Below, in pieces: positions 58,316-64,000 of a DNA stretch of 64,000 nucleotides. Below the pieces are notes generated by a model. It was not told where the DNA came from. It worked only from the letters and a program-made list of their open reading frames with translations, and searched no databases. Position 1 is the first letter of the stretch. Every line of letters begins with the position of its first letter. The DNA comes from an uncultured Candidatus Saccharibacteria bacterium (lineage in GTDB: Bacteria > Patescibacteriota > Doudnabacteria > UBA920 > 2-01-FULL-46-14), in the NCBI GenBank assembly GCA_964565195.1, contig CAZMCQ010000004.1:64133-128132 (forward strand). Reading direction: 5' to 3'. Made by a program: the position numbers and the translations under genes.

Positions 58316-59356
58316 ATGGCCAAACGCAAACTTCGTATTGCCCTTATATTTGGCGGGACCTCGCAGGAACGCGAAGTCTCTTTGCGCAGCGCCAAATCAA
58401 TAGCCAAGAATTTAAGTACCAAAAAATATGAGATTTTTCCCGTTGAAATTGATTTGAATGGAAAATGGTTGATTTCAAGTTCCACGATTCATCAAATCGG
58501 CAAAGAAGTAAAAACCCAGAAGGCCACGACGCGCGAGTTAGCCCCGGTCGATGTTCATGACCAGGGTAAGATTGATGTTGCCTTGCTGGCGCTGCACGGC
58601 CCGGGCGGGGAGGATGGAACTATTCAGGGCATGCTGGAACTGCTCAAAATTCCTTATACGTGTTCAGGAGTGCTCGCCTCGGCTCTGGCCATGGACAAAG
58701 CGCGGACAAAGCGGCTTGTGGCTGCGGCCGGTGTGCCTGTGCCGCCGGATGTGGTGATCAAAAAAAACGACTATGACCCCCGCTCGCCTCTCCCCCTCGT
58801 GAGGGGGAGATTGAGAGGGGGTCGTGGAAAATTCGTCATCAAACCCAATAAAATGGGCTCCTCGCTCGGGATTACCATTGTTTCTGGCAATGGCTCAACC
58901 ATTGGTCGAGCCATTGAACGCGCCTTCAAGTTTGACGACGAGATTTTGGTTGAAGCCCATATCGAGGGCCGCGAGATTACGGTACCGGTGCTGGGCAATG
59001 ACCAGGCTGAAGCTTTGCCGACAATTGAGATTTTGCCGTGGAAAAAATCGACTTTCTATGATTATGCGGCGAAGTACGAAGAGGGTGGATCAGAACATAT
59101 CATTCCTGCGCCGCTTACCAAAAAACAAGAACGCGAAGCTCAGGATTATGCGCTCGCCGCTCACCAAACCCTCGGTTGCCGCGGCGTGACGCGTTCTGAT
59201 TTTATCCTGGGCGAAAATGGGCAGTTTTATTTTTTGGAAATCAATACTATTCCGGGCATGACGCCGACCTCGCTTGTGCCGCAATCGGCGCAGGCCGCGG
59301 GCATTAGCTTTACTAAATTCCTTGACCGACTTATTAAACTGGCGCGTGAGCGATGA
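58316..59356 (+). CDS. ddl: D-alanine--D-alanine ligase with in-frame palindrome
   Basis: FGGTSQEREVS, LHGPGGEDG, GSSLG, YDYAAKY, EINTIPG. Confidence 0.95.
   Translation: MAKRKLRIALIFGGTSQEREVSLRSAKSIAKNLSTKKYEIFPVEIDLNGKWLISSSTIHQIGKEVKTQKATTRELAPVDVHDQGKIDVALLALHGPGGEDGTIQGMLELLKIPYTCSGVLASALAMDKARTKRLVAAAGVPVPPDVVIKKNDYDPRSPLPLVRGRLRGGRGKFVIKPNKMGSSLGITIVSGNGSTIGRAIERAFKFDDEILVEAHIEGREITVPVLGNDQAEALPTIEILPWKKSTFYDYAAKYEEGGSEHIIPAPLTKKQEREAQDYALAAHQTLGCRGVTRSDFILGENGQFYFLEINTIPGMTPTSLVPQSAQAAGISFTKFLDRLIKLARER
58775..58823 (+). repeat. in-frame palindrome in ddl
   Basis: GACCCCC..TCTCCCCCTC-gt-GAGGGGGAGA..GGGGGTC. Confidence 0.85.
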
Positions 59357-60261
59357 GAGACCATGCCAAAGAACCGCGTTTTCGCCGTCCCGAGTTTCAA
59401 CGCAAACTGAAAAAAGCGAGCAGGTACACGCGCCGCGCCGAGTCGCTCGATGGCCCGCGCTTCGCAGTATTTGGTATTTTGCTGCGTTCCCGATTGGCGC
59501 AAGTGTTTGGTATCCTGTTTTTTTTGACCCTTGTTTATTTTCTTGTCGTCTCGCCGCGCTTTCTCGTAAAGAAAGTCTCCCTGACGACGCCGGGCGCGTC
59601 CCCGGAGGCGGTCGCGCAAGTTTTGCTTGCCCTCCGCCGCGAGCGGACTTTTTTGATTCCGCGCAACCATTTGCTGCTTTTGAACTCGAGAAATCTGTTT
59701 GCCGCTTTGCAAAGCGAGCTTCCCGAGATGAAAAGAATAACCTATTTCCGGCGGCACTGGCCGGACTGGATCGAGCTCGGCATTGAACAGCGGGAAGCGC
59801 GGTACGTCTGGCAAAGCGGAAATAATTTCTATTTCATGGATCAGGACGGCATTGTCTTTGCCCGCCTTACCAATTACCTGCCGCAAGATTATAGGCAGGA
59901 TCTTATTGTTGACCGAGGCAGCGGAGGGGTGAAAGTTGGTGAGCAGATCGAGGTGAAAAGACACTTGGAATTTATCAATGAACTCAAAGCCGAGTGGCTG
60001 GCACAAATTGCACAGCCAAAAATAGCGAGTTTTGCTATTCCCGGAGTTTTATCGAGCGATATTTTTGCCAAAACCGCGCTCGGCTTTGAGGTGTATTTTG
60101 ACCAGGAGAGGGATGCGGCCGTGCAGCTGGCCAATCTCAAGCTGCTGCTCAATCAAGAGATTCGCCCCGAGACTTATGACGGCCTTTCGTACATCGACGT
60201 GCGGCTTCCCAATGTGGCATACTATTGCTATAAAGATGCGCCCTGCGCGCAAAATCCATGA
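59353..60261 (+). CDS. cell division protein FtsQ/DivIB-like
   Basis: basic N-terminus, TM, POTRA-like (RHWPDWIEL..EQR), C-terminal YIDVR; follows ddl. Confidence 0.7.
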   Translation: MRDHAKEPRFRRPEFQRKLKKASRYTRRAESLDGPRFAVFGILLRSRLAQVFGILFFLTLVYFLVVSPRFLVKKVSLTTPGASPEAVAQVLLALRRERTFLIPRNHLLLLNSRNLFAALQSELPEMKRITYFRRHWPDWIELGIEQREARYVWQSGNNFYFMDQDGIVFARLTNYLPQDYRQDLIVDRGSGGVKVGEQIEVKRHLEFINELKAEWLAQIAQPKIASFAIPGVLSSDIFAKTALGFEVYFDQERDAAVQLANLKLLLNQEIRPETYDGLSYIDVRLPNVAYYCYKDAPCAQNP

Positions 60262-60878
60262 CTTATGTAATTTCTCTCGGCGGATCCATCATCGTTCCGG
60301 ACGAGATTGACGTGGTTTTTTTAAGAAGATTTATCCGCCGAATTTCGTCAGAAATTCGGCGGGGACATCGCTTATTCATTGTCACCGGCGGGGGAGCGAC
60401 TTGCAGAAAATATCAGAGCGCTCTGAAAGAGATAAGCAAATCTACTTCAGAGAACCTTGACTGGCTTGGCATTGAGACGACTAAGCTTAATGCGCATCTT
60501 ATGCGGTTGGCATTTGGGAATAAGGTAAATATATCCGGCGGGGACAAACCCGGGCGTTCAACCGATTATGAAGCAGTTCGCATGGCCAAGCGGCATGGGG
60601 CGAAAACTGTCATCAATTTGTCTAACATTGATTACGTTTATTCTGCTGATCCGAAGAAGAACAAAAGCGCGAAAAAATTCGAGCAGCTGACTTGGACACA
60701 GTATCTCAAGCAATTCGGCCGCAAATGGAAACCTGGCGCAAATTATCCCTTTGACCCTGTGGCTGCCGCATTAGCCAAAAAGTATAAGATAACAGCCGTC
60801 ATTATGAACGGCCGCAAACTTGAGAATTTAAAAAATCTGTTCGCCAATAAACCTTTCCGTGGCACGATTATTAAATAG
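60258..60878 (+). CDS. pyrH: UMP kinase, archaeal type
   Basis: VISLGGS, VTGGG, DWLGI, PGRSTD, PFDPVAA. Confidence 0.85.
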   Translation: MTYVISLGGSIIVPDEIDVVFLRRFIRRISSEIRRGHRLFIVTGGGATCRKYQSALKEISKSTSENLDWLGIETTKLNAHLMRLAFGNKVNISGGDKPGRSTDYEAVRMAKRHGAKTVINLSNIDYVYSADPKKNKSAKKFEQLTWTQYLKQFGRKWKPGANYPFDPVAAALAKKYKITAVIMNGRKLENLKNLFANKPFRGTIIK

Positions 60879-60948
60879 CGGGTAAATCGTTTGTTGAATT
60901 TTCTATACATTTGTATGTATCTTTCAACAAATGAGGTTTGGGGAAAAT

Positions 60949-60997
60949 AAAAAAGCAGGGTACTGAAACCGACAGAATGTCGAATAACAGTACCCTG
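60949..60997 (-). terminator. terminator of minus-strand orphan unit
   Basis: CAGGGTACTG/CAGTACCCTG stem with T6 on minus strand. Confidence 0.75.
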
Positions 60998-61090
60998 GGG
61001 TGGCCATTACACTTCGTAATTATGACGCTTGAGCTTAGCCGCCATAATTTTCCTCTCTAAAACGGCCATTAGAGAAGGAAACTCGAGGTG

Positions 61091-61264
61091 TTATTCTGAC
61101 TTAGTTTCGCTTGCGGAGATTGGGATGCATTCGTTACAGTCACAAAAAATTGGATGGGAATCTTCTGCCGGCGTTAATCTCTGCGCCTTGGCGACAATCT
61201 CCTCGGCCGGAGTTTCCTCAAAGTATTTCTTCACTCTTCCCTGTAACTCATCAAAGGTTTCCAT
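61091..61264 (-). CDS. small orphan protein (57 aa, not in track)
   Basis: AGGAGG SD; METFDELQGRVKKYFEETPAEEIVAKAQRLTPAEDSHPIFCDCNECIPISASETKSE. Confidence 0.6.
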   Translation of the reverse strand: METFDELQGRVKKYFEETPAEEIVAKAQRLTPAEDSHPIFCDCNECIPISASETKSE

Positions 61265-61306
61265 ATCAAACTTATCCTCCTATTAGCTTTGAACAAATTT
61301 AGTATA

Positions 61307-62170
61307 TCACCCCGGCGTGACCGAGGCAAGGGCCGTGGCGGCGATGATGATGACCACGAGCCCCACGTATTGGTGGGGTTTTAGTTTTTCTTTGTTGAAA
61401 ATGAGGCCGAGAATGGCGGCGAGGGCGATGTAGGATTCAGAAAGACTCGCAGCAATGGCAATCGGAATGTAAACTGTGGCCTGGGCGTAGGCCACCCAAG
61501 CGAGCGTGTCAAACATGCCCATAGTGAGAACGAGCTGCTTATTAGTTTTTATTTCTTCGACAAACCGACTTTTACCCTCGGTCCAGAGCATCCCGACGAG
61601 TCCTGTCAGGCCAAAAAATACGGCCATAAACCAGTTGATGAGCAAGGGGTCGGTCTGCCGCGCGGTGTAGCCGACAAGAAAATTGACTATGCCGAGTCCG
61701 ATCATGGCGAAAAAGGCGAGGAACGCACCTGGTTCAATATGAATTTTCCGGATGCGGTGGAAGCGGTGCACAGCCAGCAGAATTATGCCAAGCATCAGTA
61801 CGCCAGCCAGGATCATCTGGTCTATGGACAGCACCTCCCCGATGACCACGGCCGCAAGGAAAACCGTAATTGGGATTTCAAAGGCGAGAATCGGGGTTAA
61901 GGCAGAAATTTTGCCTCGGCGCAGCGCTTCGAAATAAAGCAGCGAAACGCCGAGGCCGACGCTGGAGGTGATAACGAGCAGGGTGAGATGGTTTTTGGTT
62001 GTGAAGATATCAATGATGCGCTCATAGACAAACGGCAAGAGCACGACAGCGCCGATTGCGCCGATGCCGCCGATCGTGAACCAGACGCCTTTGCGGCGCG
62101 AGGACTTCTGGATGAGAAAATCGCCGGTCCCCCAGCAGAAGAGCGCAATGATGGCAAAGAGAATCCCCAT
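61307..62170 (-). CDS. EamA/DMT family transporter
   Basis: two EamA repeats (WG..DF, YFEALRRGK, EKL..Q..G). Confidence 0.88.
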   Translation of the reverse strand: MGILFAIIALFCWGTGDFLIQKSSRRKGVWFTIGGIGAIGAVVLLPFVYERIIDIFTTKNHLTLLVITSSVGLGVSLLYFEALRRGKISALTPILAFEIPITVFLAAVVIGEVLSIDQMILAGVLMLGIILLAVHRFHRIRKIHIEPGAFLAFFAMIGLGIVNFLVGYTARQTDPLLINWFMAVFFGLTGLVGMLWTEGKSRFVEEIKTNKQLVLTMGMFDTLAWVAYAQATVYIPIAIAASLSESYIALAAILGLIFNKEKLKPHQYVGLVVIIIAATALASVTPG

Positions 62171-63615
62171 TATTTTACCAGATACTTATCAATAAAGATC
62201 TCCCCTTTGAAACTCGGGGTATCTTTGAAGCGCTGCTCGTCCAGCAGTTTCCAGTTTTTAGGGATGGTTGGTTTGACGCCGCCGAAGCCAGTGGTCCAGA
62301 ACAGCCAGACCGTGCCGCCCGGTTTGGTTTGGGCCAGGCCCAAAACGACGTCCTCGGGTGCATAAAGCGGGACCCGCGATCCGAGCGGTTGGGAAGAGAT
62401 GAGGAGCGGTTTGATGCCGGTTTGATTATAAAACCGAAACGTCAGCAGAACATAACTGGAACCGCCATAGAGCAGCTCGCCGGATTTGGCGTTGGCATTG
62501 ATATAGCTCGCGGCCGCGGCCATGCCGGGCTGGTGTTCGATGTCGAGGTTTTGCCAATTCCTGAAAAAGGCCAGAAGGCTGGCGAGAATCAAGGCGGTAA
62601 TCAGCAGCCAGCGCACGAAAAAACGGGGAATGGACCAGAAGGCCGCGGCAATCAGGATGCTGAAATAAAGCGACACAAAGACAAAATAACGGTCGAGATA
62701 AAGACTGGTCTTCAGGGAAAAAACAATTGCGGCGCTAACGGGGATGAGGATGTTCAGGAAGATCAGCCATTTATGGAAGCTCTGGTTCTTTTTCAGAAAG
62801 TAAGCGGTGAGTACGAGCACGGCGATTGCCGAAATGGCCAGCGTCGCGTGATTGGCGGCGAAATCGCCGAACATGATCTTCCAGAATGTGCCCGGCACTG
62901 ACCAGCGGTCCATGGGCGGGATCCAGTAGCCGCCCTGGACGTTCTGCAAATGGACCAGAAACACGGGCACCCAGGCCAGGTAAAGAAAAAAAATGGAGCA
63001 ATAAGCGAGCGCGCCTTCGAACAAAATTTTGAGCCGGCGCTTCTTCAGAAAATAGCAGAGCAGGTAAAGGGCCTGCGCGCCGACCGAGAACAGCAGATAG
63101 TAATGGGTATAGAGGGCGGCGGTGGAGGCGAGGACAAAGCCGGCCCAGAAGCGAAGTTTTTTCCGTCGCGCTTCGGTCTCGAGCGCGCGAACCAGAAAGA
63201 AGCTCGAGAGCATGATCAAAAACATGCCCAGCGCGTACATCCGCATCTCGAGCGCGTATTGGACCTGGAACGGATTTACAGCCAGCAAAATCGCGGCCAG
63301 CGAAGCGATTTTTTTGTTTTTGAACGCCGCGAGCGCAAACCGGTAGCCGGCCCAGACGGTCAGAATTCCGAAGATGATAGATAATAGCCGGAGGCCAAAC
63401 AGACTTTGCCCGGCGACATAAGCCCAGAGCCGCAGCACGATGTAGTAAAGGGGCGGATGGACATCCAGACTGATCTGGTACAGCATCTCGCGCCAGGGAT
63501 AGCGCAGAAACAGCGCGGAAAACGCCTCGTCGTACCAAAGCGCGACCCCGGTGGCGTGGTAAAATCGCAAGGCCGCGCCGGATAGAAGGGCAAGAATGAG
63601 GAAGATCGTGCTCAT
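62170..63615 (-). CDS. GT-C (PMT/ArnT-like) glycosyltransferase
   Basis: LWYDEAFS, DVHPPLYY, EMRMY, YTHY; multi-TM. Confidence 0.88.
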   Translation of the reverse strand: MSTIFLILALLSGAALRFYHATGVALWYDEAFSALFLRYPWREMLYQISLDVHPPLYYIVLRLWAYVAGQSLFGLRLLSIIFGILTVWAGYRFALAAFKNKKIASLAAILLAVNPFQVQYALEMRMYALGMFLIMLSSFFLVRALETEARRKKLRFWAGFVLASTAALYTHYYLLFSVGAQALYLLCYFLKKRRLKILFEGALAYCSIFFLYLAWVPVFLVHLQNVQGGYWIPPMDRWSVPGTFWKIMFGDFAANHATLAISAIAVLVLTAYFLKKNQSFHKWLIFLNILIPVSAAIVFSLKTSLYLDRYFVFVSLYFSILIAAAFWSIPRFFVRWLLITALILASLLAFFRNWQNLDIEHQPGMAAAASYINANAKSGELLYGGSSYVLLTFRFYNQTGIKPLLISSQPLGSRVPLYAPEDVVLGLAQTKPGGTVWLFWTTGFGGVKPTIPKNWKLLDEQRFKDTPSFKGEIFIDKYLVK

Positions 63616-64000
63616 GGTTGTTCGTAGACGAGTATAATGAGTTCACCAAATTGGTTTTTTTCAGTTTTGACGAGCACGGCCTCGGGATGGGCTTTGGTAA
63701 ATTTAATCCGGTCAAACAGAGTGGATTGCGTAAAAATGACCTGATCGCCGGTTTTTAATTTCACCTCAAAAGTCCGCGCGGGATCAAGGAGGAGATAGGG
63801 CTGCTGCTGTTCCGTAGTTAAATACGCCACGGTCTGGACCGAAAATTCATCAAGAGACAAATAGGTTTTATCTTTTTGATTGCGGCTATTCAAATACTGG
63901 CTTGCGACGGTGAGATCAGAGCGAAAGGCGTAGTAATAGTCCGGCGATAACGCCGCCACCTTGAAATACAGGGTGTAATTATAGAGAAGCAATGAGCTAA
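63612..64000 (-). CDS. C-terminal part of a probable GT-C membrane protein; 5'-truncated
   Basis: frame open to window edge, overlaps next gene ATGA-style. Confidence 0.5.
   Translation of the reverse strand, partial: SSLLLYNYTLYFKVAALSPDYYYAFRSDLTVASQYLNSRNQKDKTYLSLDEFSVQTVAYLTTEQQQPYLLLDPARTFEVKLKTGDQVIFTQSTLFDRIKFTKAHPEAVLVKTEKNQFGELIILVYEQP

Overview
Core-genome region of a bacterium that looks like a Patescibacteria/CPR member. This is inferred from the missing rpmD (uL30) between rpsE and rplO, rpsJ detached from rplC, split transketolase, Asp-type MurA, short ProRS, archaeal-type Cmk/PyrH and mostly SD-less starts; the genetic code is standard. Contents in order: 3' end of a radical-SAM-like gene; str operon (rpsL-rpsG-fusA-[Phd-like]-tuf-rpsJ); an orphan/protease island; S10-spc r-protein operon to secY-adk-cmk-map; htrA, ruvX, galT; a pentose-phosphate/lower-glycolysis cluster; recJ, rnhA, murA, mreB; GT4, holB, frr, rseP, hicBA, proS; mreBCD-mrdA; folD, greA, lysS, rdgB, serS, ddl, ftsQ, pyrH; EamA and PMT-like glycosyltransferases. 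No tRNA, rRNA, CRISPR array, transposase or integrase was seen. Most notable: (1) several families of short palindromic elements occur intergenically, nested in each other, and inserted in frame inside genes including essential ones (serS, ddl, fusA, three times in a GT4), with no mobilising enzyme in the window; (2) a 154-nt double-hairpin element sits at the start of rpsC; (3) EF-G has a remodelled guanine pocket (G4 NKIN, G5 GGDGRG); (4) a promoter- and terminator-bounded multi-branched RNA (52039-52248) precedes an orphan ORF; (5) dispersed 7-9-nt periodic arrays occupy gene junctions. All product calls come from motif recognition by eye; no searches or folding programs were run.
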